Shown in pieces: positions 1 to 9,560 of a stretch of 64,000 bases of DNA (positions within the stretch are counted from its first letter, which is position 1; each line of letters starts with the position of its first letter). The position numbers and the translations under genes were made by a program. The notes beneath the pieces are model-generated. The model searched no databases and was not told where the DNA came from. It was given only the letters and a program-made list of their open reading frames with translations. Source of the stretch: an uncultured virus (IMG/VR IMGVR_UViG_3300005573_001079) (lineage: Duplodnaviria; Heunggongvirae; Uroviricota; Caudoviricetes); IMG/VR virus record IMGVR_UViG_3300005573_001079, positions 1 to 64,000 of that record, one strand, 5' to 3'.

Positions 1-590
1 GTAATTTGGTTTTGTAGATTATTATCAGTATTAATTCTGTCTTGAATTTCAGTTACAAGAGAACCTGAAACTAAAGTAATTTGGTTTTGTAAATTATTAT
101 CCTCGCTAATTCTATTTTGAATTTCAGTAGTTAATGATCCACTAACTAAAGTAATTTGGTTTTGTAGATTATTATCCCCGCTAATTCTATTTTGAATTTC
201 AGTTACAAGAGAACCAGAAACTAAAGTAATTTGACTTTGTAGATTATTATCTGCATTGATTCTATTTTGAATTTCAGTAGTTAATGATCCACTAACTAAA
301 GTAATTTGGTTTTGTAAATCTTGACCATCAATTATAATCTCATTTCCAATTGTACTTACATTTATACTTCCAGAACCTTTTAGTGTCTTAAACCGTAGTA
401 TAGAACCAAAATTACCAATATAAATTCCTTCTCCACTACCTAAATTTTCACCAGTACTTATGCCTCCACTTATAACTAATTGATTGATTTGACTTTGTAA
501 ATTATTATCAGCATTGATTCTATTTTGAATTTCAGTTACAAGAGAACCTGAAACTAAAGTAATTTGGTTTTGTAGATTATTATCTACGTT
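1..590 (-). repeat. 75-nt (25-aa) coding tandem repeats shared with 41990..42985
   Basis: Positions 1-91 are identical to 42631-42721; the period is 75 nt. Confidence 0.9.
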
Positions 591-848
591 TTGAAGAGTA
601 GTTAATATCTCATATAAATCAGTTTGATCAGATATACTTCCTAATATACTTCCCCATAAAATAAACCCAGATACTGATCCAGAAGCCCCTAAATATTGAA
701 CTAAAGGTTTACAAATATTAAGCCACGAGTTATAAATATAGCCACTTTTATCATTTTCAGTTAAATCTCCTATAGTTTTTCCCGCCCCCGCATCTTGCTT
801 TAATATACTTTCTGTTATTTTTTGAGCTAATAACTCTGCAGGTGTCAT
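1..848 (-). CDS. Tail-fibre-like coiled-coil repeat protein, 3' end truncated by the window edge (not in the ORF track)
   Basis: ATG at 848 with GGAGGGGAG upstream. Reads MTPAELLAQKITESILKQ... then 25-aa repeats DNNLQNQITLVSGSLVTEIQNRINA and the GENLGxGEGIYIG...FKTLKGSGSINVSTIGNEIII module also found in 41556..43082. Open to position 1. Confidence 0.8.
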   Translation of the reverse strand, partial: MTPAELLAQKITESILKQDAGAGKTIGDLTENDKSGYIYNSWLNICKPLVQYLGASGSVSGFILWGSILGSISDQTDLYEILTTLQNVDNNLQNQITLVSGSLVTEIQNRINADNNLQSQINQLVISGGISTGENLGSGEGIYIGNFGSILRFKTLKGSGSINVSTIGNEIIIDGQDLQNQITLVSGSLTTEIQNRINADNNLQSQITLVSGSLVTEIQNRISGDNNLQNQITLVSGSLTTEIQNRISEDNNLQNQITLVSGSLVTEIQDRINTDNNLQNQI

Positions 849-1994
849 TTACTCCCCTCCTACTATAACATCTTTTGCACCAGATGTTATTTCTCCTTTT
901 AAACTATTGTTTACCCCTAAAACTCCGAGGTTTAGAAAACATGGTCCCATAGGAGAAATAATTGACATAGCTAAAGTTTGCAAAGCATTCAAATTTTGAA
1001 GGTTCTTTTCAGATAATGTTTTATGTTCTACAGATTCAAATTGTGTACTTATAGGAATAGTAACTTCATCATGTTCTCTTGCAACATGTTGTCCTCTTGT
1101 ACCTAATAATGCGTTGTTTTTTTCTAATCCTAATGCAATATCTGGATCATCATAATCAACACTTCCTTCATTTATATTTATCTTCATGTTCTTTATACTT
1201 AATCTTCCTTCTTTATCTATATCAATTTGAACTCCATTTTTTAACTTTAAATGTAAAAGTACTTCTTTATTTGAGTATAAAGTTTTGTTTAAATTTTTAT
1301 CTACTACATTTCCTTCTTTATCAACTAAAGTTCCTAAAGTCATTTCAATTAAAGGAGAAGCATTTGGATCAATTCCAAGAGAACCATCCGCTTTTTCTAT
1401 AACTTTTAAGCTTAATTCTGTATAAGCGTCCCCATTAAAAGATGTTATTGGTTTGTATTCAAGATTACCTTTTTCATCCTTTACAAGCCTTTTAACAATT
1501 CCAAAATATAATATTCCTCCTTCTGTAATAACCTTCCAGTTTACACTTTCAAACTTTAACGATCCTGAAGTGTTCTCTATTTCTAGATAATTCCCGGTTA
1601 AAGTAGATATTATAATATTTCCATTTTTTCTTATATAAAAGTAAGAACCCCCTGCTTCAAAAAATTTTTCACCAGGCTTAAATTTTGGCAATGTATTTAA
1701 TTTACGCACTCTGCTTTCGTGTCCTAAATTTATATATCCTACTATATAAGGCCTTTCAAATTTATCAAATACAACTATAACAATATTGCCTACCTCTGGG
1801 ATGTTGAATATTCCAGAGGAGGGCTGTACAAGAATAACATCAGAGCGTGTACTAGGAGTATCGAGAAATCTTATTGTACACACTCCTTTTTCTGCTTCTA
1901 CACTTATAACTTGAGCTAACCTTGCGTGTTTGTTTAAATTAGATGGTACTATAGTAGAAGTTATGTCGGATAAATATTGCTTTCGAAATCTCAT
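849..1994 (-). CDS. Putative baseplate central spike (gpV/gp5-like, N-terminal OB fold)
   Basis: N-terminal LAQVISV...CTIRF...IPEVGNIVIVVF...PYIVG pattern typical of spike OB folds, then short beta-strand repeats. Lies downstream of hub and tape measure. Confidence 0.65.
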   Translation of the reverse strand: MRFRKQYLSDITSTIVPSNLNKHARLAQVISVEAEKGVCTIRFLDTPSTRSDVILVQPSSGIFNIPEVGNIVIVVFDKFERPYIVGYINLGHESRVRKLNTLPKFKPGEKFFEAGGSYFYIRKNGNIIISTLTGNYLEIENTSGSLKFESVNWKVITEGGILYFGIVKRLVKDEKGNLEYKPITSFNGDAYTELSLKVIEKADGSLGIDPNASPLIEMTLGTLVDKEGNVVDKNLNKTLYSNKEVLLHLKLKNGVQIDIDKEGRLSIKNMKININEGSVDYDDPDIALGLEKNNALLGTRGQHVAREHDEVTIPISTQFESVEHKTLSEKNLQNLNALQTLAMSIISPMGPCFLNLGVLGVNNSLKGEITSGAKDVIVGGE

Positions 1995-2728
1995 AATTTT
2001 ATTTCTTCTATTATAGAAGCTTCCTCTATTTTATCTTGCTTCATTTCAGAGTTTAAGACTTCCGCTAAAAACAGTTTTTGATTATCTGGAAGATCTTTTA
2101 GTACTTCGTTCAATACTTCTTTTCTTATACATTCTTGCAAAGCATTCTTCAAATGTCCTAATATACTTATCTTTACTGCAACTTCAGTATTAGAATCTAT
2201 TAACATTGCTTCTTGTATAAACCTCTTGGTATAACTAATTAACTGATGATTGTTTACATCTTCCAGTTCTTCTTTTGTCATATGTTTCATTTCTCTCTTC
2301 TTTATATCGCTCCACTCCTTTACTTCTCTTAATCTGTCTCTTGCAACTTTTTCCATTTGTCTTAAATGAAATTCTTCTCTCTCTATGTCAATTTGAATAA
2401 GTTCTCTTTCTAAATCATCTTCTTCTTTTTCTAACTTTCTTTTTAACTTCTTAATTTCAATACATTTTCTTCTATACTCATAAGATAATTCTACTAACTC
2501 TGTAAAATGTACGTTTTGTTCTCTTACTGCTTGCCAGTATTTAGCAGCATGAGTAGGAAAATGTAAGTCATTCAAAACAGAAACTTCCATTTCTGTTCGA
2601 GTTCTAAAAACTTGAGATTTAGCAAATGTTTCTGCTAATTCTTCTTTCAAGTTTAAGATATCTTGTAATTCATTTTCTTTTAATAAATTAGAAGTATTAA
2701 TAATGTTTACTGCATTTTCAATATTCAT
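1991..2728 (-). CDS. Hypothetical coiled-coil phage protein, possibly fibre-associated
   Basis: Intact 245-aa ORF with motif FPTHAAKYWQAVREQ and an E/K-rich helix. Directly follows the Kelch-repeat gene. Confidence 0.55.
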   Translation of the reverse strand: MNIENAVNIINTSNLLKENELQDILNLKEELAETFAKSQVFRTRTEMEVSVLNDLHFPTHAAKYWQAVREQNVHFTELVELSYEYRRKCIEIKKLKRKLEKEEDDLERELIQIDIEREEFHLRQMEKVARDRLREVKEWSDIKKREMKHMTKEELEDVNNHQLISYTKRFIQEAMLIDSNTEVAVKISILGHLKNALQECIRKEVLNEVLKDLPDNQKLFLAEVLNSEMKQDKIEEASIIEEIKL

Positions 2729-2740
2729 AAAAGATTCTCC

Positions 2741-5539
2741 TTATTGTTTTTGATACATTATTTTTAATTCTGTTTGACTAATTGCCATCCCAGCAGGATA
2801 ATCATTTTTTGTAGTAGTTAAACCATTACCAGTATTAATATTATAATAGTAAGTACTTCCAGGAACAAGTCCACTATGTACTTTGCTTATATCCCCAAAA
2901 AGTGCTACTGGTTTACTTTGACCAGCACTTCCACTCTCTTGTAAGATACCAACTACTTTCCCCATAGTTTGTTGACTATAAACTATCCCATAACCTTTAG
3001 CAATAGACCCAGAAGAATATACAAATGCACTAAGCGTAGGAGATATAGTAGTACCAGCATTGTAGGAAGAACTTATATAAGATGAATTATAAGGTATATT
3101 AGAACCAAATTCTATTTGATTTTGAGAATCTATGTTTCCTGGAACTATTCCAGATGGATGATATACTATAAATGTAGATTCAGAAAGAACGCATACATCA
3201 TAAACATTAGAAACTCCTGATAGAATTATAGGAGATGTAAAACTTATATTAGGACCACTACTAATTACACCTATTCTAAAATGATACACCCCACTTTTAG
3301 AATATACTAATAAGAAAGAAATATCGGTTAACCTTTTTATTCTTACATTAGATAATGTAACTCCTGTTTCAAACATAAATAATGATGGATCAAATACTAA
3401 GTCATTATTTAAGTATTGTATTATACTTACATAGTGATTATTAGAAGAAGTTCTATAAGTAACAAAAGTAGTAGAGTTAAGAGCGTCTATAACATATGCG
3501 TAAGTATTGTTATCTATATAAAGATAATAATTATCAAAACTAAAAGGAGATAGATTATAGGAAGCAAAAGCTTTTCCTACCGATAAAAGTACTTTATTAC
3601 TTGATAACGGAAATAATTTTACTGTATTAAAACGATCAAAAAATTGTGGTTTGAGAGTATAATTATAAAGATCATGCCAATTTGTTCCATTAAATAATTC
3701 TGTTGCTGCAAGATATTTTTCAGAACCATGTCCTCCGAAACTTAATGCTGAGTTGGAAGTTCCAGCCCCTGCTAAATCGTAACGATCAACATACATACCA
3801 TTTTTAGTAGTCCAACTTGTTCCGTCAAATAATTCCGTTGTTCTAGTACCCCCTATTCCTCCGAAACTTAATGCTGAGTTAGAAGTTCCAGCTCCTGCAA
3901 GACCGCTTCGTGCAACATTCATATTATTTTTAATAGTCCAACTTGTTCCATCAAATAATTCTGTTGTTGCAACAGCACCAGCACGATATCCTCCAAAACT
4001 TAATGCTGAGTTAGAAGTTCCCGCTCCTGCAAGACGTTCACGATCAACATTCATATTATTTTTAGTAGTCCAACTTATTCCGTCAAATAATTCTGTTGTT
4101 CTATAACCTGGATATCCTCCAAAACTTAATGCTGAGTTAGAAGTTCCCGCTCCTGCAAGACTTTCACGCGCAACATTCATATTATTTTTAGTAGTCCAAC
4201 TTATTCCGTCAAATAATTCTGTTGTTGCAACATATCCTGTAGAACTATCTCCTCCAAAACTTAATGCTGAGTTAGAAGTTCCAGCTCCTGCTAAACCGTA
4301 ACGTGCAACATTCATATTATTTTTAGTAGTCCAAACTACTTTATCAAATAATTCTGTTGTTGAAAGATATATTCCAAAATTAGGATTATATCCTCCAAAA
4401 CTTAATGCTGAGTTAGAAGTTCCAGCTCCTGCAAGACTGTTTCGTGCAACATTCAAATATCCAGAGGTTAAACTAAGACTTATGCTTTGCTGAGTTATTA
4501 TTGATGTACCACTTGTTGTAAAAAGAGTTAAGCTTACTCTTATAGTATCAATAGTTGCAGGTGATCCCATAAAATATTTTATAAATAATGCTCCTGTACT
4601 CGAATCATATTTTGATAATTTTGCGTCAGGAAGCGTATCATTAAAATAACTAATAAGAGGATTACTCCCAATAGTTATTGACCCTCCTGAAATCTGAACT
4701 ACATTAGTTATAATTCTTCGGTCACTAGAAGAAACGTTTCTTTGATAAGTATAAACAAATACATCATTTTGTAATCCTATAACAGATAGCATAAATACAC
4801 TATCATTTACATTACTAGGAGCCAAATTAGAAATAAAAGTAATAGGATTATAAGTAATCTTTGAAATCGTACCATTTGTATTCAATACTACAAGATCCCC
4901 TGCGCTCATATTTGTAGTTAACGTAAAATATTTATAAGGATTATATGGAGGTGGGGCAACTCCTTGTAAACTCATCCACTTAATTGCATCTGTAGAATTT
5001 GAGTTATATACATAAATAGAATTGTTACTTGATCTTACTACTGCCCAGTTGTTTTGAGGAGTTACATATACCCAACTTCCTCCTTGTCTTATAGCGATTT
5101 TATTAATATTTGTTCCATCAGTAATAATATATCTATCATTTTCTTGTGGAGATAAAGAGTTTAATTGTGCTTGTGTTACAAAATTAATTACCGGATTTTG
5201 CCATGATATACCTAAAAGTAGATTGTCTACATATGATTTAGTTGCTTTTGAATTCAGTTCGTTTATCAAAGAATCATAGATGCTTTGTACATATGATCTA
5301 TCTGCTTTAACTTCTAATAAATCTCTTACTTTGTAACTACTCCAACTTCTATTATAAGATAAATTTTCGTCATCTATTATTACACTTAATAAATTATCCA
5401 AATTCACAGTAACATTTTTAGCTGAGTCTAACGAACGAGTAGTATCAAGCACTGGAACATATTTTAGATGTAAAGATTCTCTTATACTAGAATCTTGTAT
5501 TTTTTCAAGCTCTGATAATTTTTTTCCTGTTACTGCCAT
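2741..5539 (-). CDS. Tail fibre / receptor-binding protein with six Kelch-like repeats
   Basis: Six copies of R-x-x-LAGAGTSNSALSFGG-(variable)-TELFDGxxW carrying the Kelch GG and W hallmarks. Fibre-like N-terminus (KATKSYVD, GISWQNPV). Confidence 0.75.
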   Translation of the reverse strand: MAVTGKKLSELEKIQDSSIRESLHLKYVPVLDTTRSLDSAKNVTVNLDNLLSVIIDDENLSYNRSWSSYKVRDLLEVKADRSYVQSIYDSLINELNSKATKSYVDNLLLGISWQNPVINFVTQAQLNSLSPQENDRYIITDGTNINKIAIRQGGSWVYVTPQNNWAVVRSSNNSIYVYNSNSTDAIKWMSLQGVAPPPYNPYKYFTLTTNMSAGDLVVLNTNGTISKITYNPITFISNLAPSNVNDSVFMLSVIGLQNDVFVYTYQRNVSSSDRRIITNVVQISGGSITIGSNPLISYFNDTLPDAKLSKYDSSTGALFIKYFMGSPATIDTIRVSLTLFTTSGTSIITQQSISLSLTSGYLNVARNSLAGAGTSNSALSFGGYNPNFGIYLSTTELFDKVVWTTKNNMNVARYGLAGAGTSNSALSFGGDSSTGYVATTELFDGISWTTKNNMNVARESLAGAGTSNSALSFGGYPGYRTTELFDGISWTTKNNMNVDRERLAGAGTSNSALSFGGYRAGAVATTELFDGTSWTIKNNMNVARSGLAGAGTSNSALSFGGIGGTRTTELFDGTSWTTKNGMYVDRYDLAGAGTSNSALSFGGHGSEKYLAATELFNGTNWHDLYNYTLKPQFFDRFNTVKLFPLSSNKVLLSVGKAFASYNLSPFSFDNYYLYIDNNTYAYVIDALNSTTFVTYRTSSNNHYVSIIQYLNNDLVFDPSLFMFETGVTLSNVRIKRLTDISFLLVYSKSGVYHFRIGVISSGPNISFTSPIILSGVSNVYDVCVLSESTFIVYHPSGIVPGNIDSQNQIEFGSNIPYNSSYISSSYNAGTTISPTLSAFVYSSGSIAKGYGIVYSQQTMGKVVGILQESGSAGQSKPVALFGDISKVHSGLVPGSTYYYNINTGNGLTTTKNDYPAGMAISQTELKIMYQKQ
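3677..4460 (-). repeat. Six Kelch-type coding repeats of about 42-47 aa
   Basis: Near-identical DNA core aaacttaatgctgagttagaagttcc repeated six times, separated by variable-length loops. Confidence 0.9.
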
Positions 5540-5545
5540 ATTTTA

Positions 5546-6211
5546 TTACTCCAATTGTATATATGTATTATCTTCACTAAACATTATAGTATTATCTTCA
5601 TATAGTAAAACTCCACTTATATCCTCTTCCTTAGATTGTTCTTTATCAATAATTCCTCCAGTATCAACAATTTCTTTCTTATAAATATAAGGTATAAATA
5701 CTGATTTTTTAGCTTTTGTTACATCTTTAATTAGTTTAATCTTATCAAAAAAGAAAACTCCTGGAGAAGTAGTATTATATATTTCATAATAATAAAGTAG
5801 GTCAGTGTATAAATCAATATTTAAATTATTATTTATCTCAGTTAAAACTTTAACTAAAGTATTATAAATAAAAGAATTAGGCCTAACATTATCAAAATCT
5901 CCTATAACTCCAATAACTAAACTTTTGTCTTGATAATATATAGGTAATATATCTATGTAAAAATGTTCTTTGTAGTAAAAAATTTTATAAAAAGATGCGT
6001 TTACTTCTAATAGTTCTCTTTTTTGAGATCTTGTCCACCGTTGAGATAAAGATAAATTACCAAAAGAATCTATTATAATATCATAAGGAGGTCCATAATC
6101 TCCCATCTGTAAGTGATATTGATTTAATTCTGTTGCAGTTATAGGAATAGAATCTCCAGTATGCTGAATTATTACGTATTTAATATCTCTATTACTTCGG
6201 ATTTTTGACAT
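5546..6211 (-). CDS. Amidase_2 / PGRP-fold protein, probably non-catalytic
   Basis: YVIIQHTG...PYDIIIDSFG...SLVIGVIGDFD...TTSPG follows the T7 lysozyme/PGRP motif order, but the Zn ligands appear substituted. Confidence 0.65.
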   Translation of the reverse strand: MSKIRSNRDIKYVIIQHTGDSIPITATELNQYHLQMGDYGPPYDIIIDSFGNLSLSQRWTRSQKRELLEVNASFYKIFYYKEHFYIDILPIYYQDKSLVIGVIGDFDNVRPNSFIYNTLVKVLTEINNNLNIDLYTDLLYYYEIYNTTSPGVFFFDKIKLIKDVTKAKKSVFIPYIYKKEIVDTGGIIDKEQSKEEDISGVLLYEDNTIMFSEDNTYIQLE

Positions 6212-8210
6212 TTTTCTTTGCTTCGTTAGTTAAGGTTTCTACATATTGATAAACGTGTGCATCAACTAAGTAAATCTCGTCGCTTTCCGAAAAAGAAATA
6301 ATCTCTGGTAAATATTCCCATGGTTTTCTTCCATAACTTAAACTTAGTGTAGTAGTAAATTGACTACCAAAAGAAAAACTATGTTCAACTGTTTCTACAT
6401 AATAAACTCTATTAACTAATGGAATATATACAGGTCTGCCAGGATCAATCTCTGGTCTACCTACTATTGTAACTTGTCCTTGATACCTTCCTGCAAGTAA
6501 TCTTTGCAAAACTGATTTTGCAAATGCAATGATTGCTTTATCCGTTTTATCTTTAGTGTTTATAATAGGATTGTGAACTGTAAAAAATCTTTGGCCATAT
6601 TTCATAGTAACTCCATCATCTCTTACTGTTCTTGCATACCACCCTAATGACTGCAAAGATTCATAAGCAAAATCTGGTTCGGTAGAAGCATAAACAGTAG
6701 AGTATATATTTTGATCTGATTCTACAAATCCATAGCTTATTATACTGTCTGTGTCAATAATATAAATTCTAGGATCTTCACACGCAAAAATCCAAGAGTT
6801 GTCAAACCTTAGAGGATGAAACCAAATTTCCCCATTACGATCTGCATAAAAGTTAAAATGACTATCTTCTGCAACTCTTTCTGCTATTTCTCTTCTCGTT
6901 TTCCATTCTCCTTGATAGTAACTCCAAGATAATGATAAAGAAATTTCGTATGGGCGAAATCCTTTCAAATGAGTGTTTTTATTAAAAGGATCTACTATAT
7001 GAACAGTACTTGTTGTAAACAACGCCCCTAATGCTTCTTTAAAACTTATTTTCTTTCTATTACCATCTTGAGTTACTTCTATAAAGGAATTGTCTTCTGG
7101 ACTAAATCTAATACGAGTTCCTATTTTGGGAACATTTGAAGCATCATAATATCCAATACCATCGATAGATTGTGTTTGAGATGTTTTCTTAGATAAATGT
7201 TTATGTCCTAAAGTTACTAAACGTATGATATCTGGAGCCCTAAGTCCTTTTAGTATACTAGTCCAAATAGTTAGTTTTTGATCTGGAGTTTGATTAATAT
7301 CAGTTGCTTTGTCAAGTAACAATGCGGGATTTACATTTATGTAAGAAAGTTTCATATACTTAGTAACATCTGTACATTGGATATTTAAAAGTTCTTGGTC
7401 TCCACTATAGCTGTCTTCTACACTATCTACTACTCCTGTAAATACTCTAATCATATCAGATACTTTTCGATTATCAAACCTTTTTGACATATAACAAATT
7501 ACTCTGTCCATCGGTTCGATTCTACATCTTCCTCTTTCATACTTTTTCCCTTTACCTTGTACATCAATATCTTTGTATGTAGTAGTAAACGCTTGATTAT
7601 TATACTTGTATATAATAAATACTCTCGTACTATTGTTAACATTTATAAGAATTTCTTCTCCCGATACCTTTTGTTTTATCTGATTAATATCTTTTATAAC
7701 AATTATATTCCCGTCTATATCATATGTCCAATATTCTTGAACTTTACCTAATGAATTTCTTGTATTAAAAAGAGGATATCTTAATTGAGTTTCTTTATCT
7801 TCAAGAATTATGTATTCATACTTTTCCCATTCATCGTAACTACTGAATTCATAAAAATTACTATGCTCTTCTTCTGAGACTGTTCTGAAAGAATCCATAA
7901 GTTGCGAATTTGATGAGATATTTGCATACACATTTATTTTTTTCTTTTTATTACTATAGTTATATAATATTGGAATTTCCTTTTCTGGATCGTCTTCTCT
8001 AAAAAACTTTTTACCTGTATTAACTATTGTGGCGCTTAAAGTTCCAGGAGATGACTTTACTGTTAAAGAAACACGAATAGATTGTATTTCCTTAACGTCT
8101 CCTAAATTAGAAAATACTACAGATGATAAATTATTGCTATCTTTCTGATAAGACGAAACAAATATGAGCATTGCGTTAGGATAATAATGTGTAATGTTTT
8201 GCCACGACAT
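6192..8210 (-). CDS. Putative baseplate hub protein
   Basis: VFTGVVDSV...IQCTD, NFYADRNGEIWF and C-terminal GQVTIVGRPEIDPGRPV...YYVETVEHSF...FTTTLSL are typical of gp27/gpD-like hubs. Located after the tape measure. Confidence 0.7.
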   Translation of the reverse strand: MSWQNITHYYPNAMLIFVSSYQKDSNNLSSVVFSNLGDVKEIQSIRVSLTVKSSPGTLSATIVNTGKKFFREDDPEKEIPILYNYSNKKKKINVYANISSNSQLMDSFRTVSEEEHSNFYEFSSYDEWEKYEYIILEDKETQLRYPLFNTRNSLGKVQEYWTYDIDGNIIVIKDINQIKQKVSGEEILINVNNSTRVFIIYKYNNQAFTTTYKDIDVQGKGKKYERGRCRIEPMDRVICYMSKRFDNRKVSDMIRVFTGVVDSVEDSYSGDQELLNIQCTDVTKYMKLSYINVNPALLLDKATDINQTPDQKLTIWTSILKGLRAPDIIRLVTLGHKHLSKKTSQTQSIDGIGYYDASNVPKIGTRIRFSPEDNSFIEVTQDGNRKKISFKEALGALFTTSTVHIVDPFNKNTHLKGFRPYEISLSLSWSYYQGEWKTRREIAERVAEDSHFNFYADRNGEIWFHPLRFDNSWIFACEDPRIYIIDTDSIISYGFVESDQNIYSTVYASTEPDFAYESLQSLGWYARTVRDDGVTMKYGQRFFTVHNPIINTKDKTDKAIIAFAKSVLQRLLAGRYQGQVTIVGRPEIDPGRPVYIPLVNRVYYVETVEHSFSFGSQFTTTLSLSYGRKPWEYLPEIISFSESDEIYLVDAHVYQYVETLTNEAKKNVKNPK

Positions 8211-8214
8211 AATC

Positions 8215-8772
8215 TTAATCTGCTTTTAAATATTGTTTTCCTTTTGGAGTAATCATATATGTTTTTTGACCATCTTTTACAACAACAGTAGGAGCAATAA
8301 ATTGTAATTCTTGTAAAGCATAAACTGCTTTTATAATTTCTGTTTTTACTTTACGTACATTTTCAGGAGGAACACTTAATTTTTGATTTAAAACAATCTC
8401 TACAATGTTGTCGAGAGATAACAACCCTTTTTCATTTAATGTTTGTAAAATCTTGTAAGGAAGTTCTCCATATGTTACTTCCATCTTGTCTTGTTTAGAC
8501 ATTTCTACCTTTTGAAAGTACTCACCTAATCCTTCTTTTGAAAACCAAAACCCCCATTTATTTCCTTCAACATCAATTACAAACCCTCCTTTGTATTTAG
8601 AAGGTAAAAATTCTACTACTCTGTAAAATTCTCCAGGATATACAGCAAGTGTTTCTTCCGGAGATACAATTGTAGTAGTAGGCGTTACATAGTCTCCAAT
8701 CTTTAATTTTCCTTCTTTTATACTATCTTCATTAAGTTGTGTATAGCTATAACTAAACTTTAAAATTCTCAT
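8215..8772 (-). CDS. Hypothetical protein with possible C-terminal winged helix
   Basis: KILQTL...AVYALQELQFI...YMITPKGKQYL resembles a wHTH wing/terminal helix. GGAGG RBS upstream. Confidence 0.5.
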   Translation of the reverse strand: MRILKFSYSYTQLNEDSIKEGKLKIGDYVTPTTTIVSPEETLAVYPGEFYRVVEFLPSKYKGGFVIDVEGNKWGFWFSKEGLGEYFQKVEMSKQDKMEVTYGELPYKILQTLNEKGLLSLDNIVEIVLNQKLSVPPENVRKVKTEIIKAVYALQELQFIAPTVVVKDGQKTYMITPKGKQYLKAD

Positions 8773-8800
8773 TTTTCTTTAACCTCCTATATTCAAAAAC

Positions 8801-9559
8801 TTACATATATGCAGTATCCAACTGCATATAGTCTAATACTTTGAATGTAAACCCAAATGTCATAAGATAAGGTTTTTCAGCATCTGCTATCGGCCCGCTA
8901 AACTCTGTGAAAAAGCCTATCAAAAAAAGATCATAATAATTTATGCCAAGTAAACTTTTTAAAGGTTGATTTCTATACTTATGATCTTCTTCATATATCT
9001 GTCTTAGTTTTTGTACTTTCTTCCACGCTTGAGATTCTACGATAGATTCAGTTTTAGATAATTTAGAACCATCTTCTTTTAATAACATCCCTCCAGTTAT
9101 ACAATCTACTTTTAATTCTGTTAACGCATTTCCCCAGTGTTGTACCTCCCATCCTCCTCTTGTTCTAATTTCGTTATATATCTTCCTATAAATAGGAGTT
9201 ACTCTTATTGGATTTACATAGAATTCAAAGATTTGATCGAATTCTCTTCTTTCAACACCAAAACTCTTAGGTATATAATATTTTGTATTAGTTTCCGTTA
9301 AGAGTACGTAATACTCGTTTGTTACACTATCCTTTTGTACTACACAATCTATCGGCATTGAAGAACTAAGAAATATCTTAGATGCATCATTTGAAGAAAA
9401 ATTATTAGGAGTAAGAGTAATATGTAAGTAGTCATCTTCTTTCTTTACTATATCTGCTTCTGTAACTCCTATTAAGTAATTCTGAGAATTTAATTTTGTT
9501 TTTATTTCAGATGAAGGAACTACTGGAACTTTGTATATTTTCATTGATATTCTTGACAT
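8801..9559 (-). CDS. Putative tail tube initiator / baseplate protein
   Basis: FEFYVNP...EIRTRGGWEVQHWG...GFFTEF...FGFTFKV is a tube-like fold pattern. Immediately follows the tape-measure-like gene. Confidence 0.55.
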   Translation of the reverse strand: MSRISMKIYKVPVVPSSEIKTKLNSQNYLIGVTEADIVKKEDDYLHITLTPNNFSSNDASKIFLSSSMPIDCVVQKDSVTNEYYVLLTETNTKYYIPKSFGVERREFDQIFEFYVNPIRVTPIYRKIYNEIRTRGGWEVQHWGNALTELKVDCITGGMLLKEDGSKLSKTESIVESQAWKKVQKLRQIYEEDHKYRNQPLKSLLGINYYDLFLIGFFTEFSGPIADAEKPYLMTFGFTFKVLDYMQLDTAYM

Positions 9560-9560
9560 A

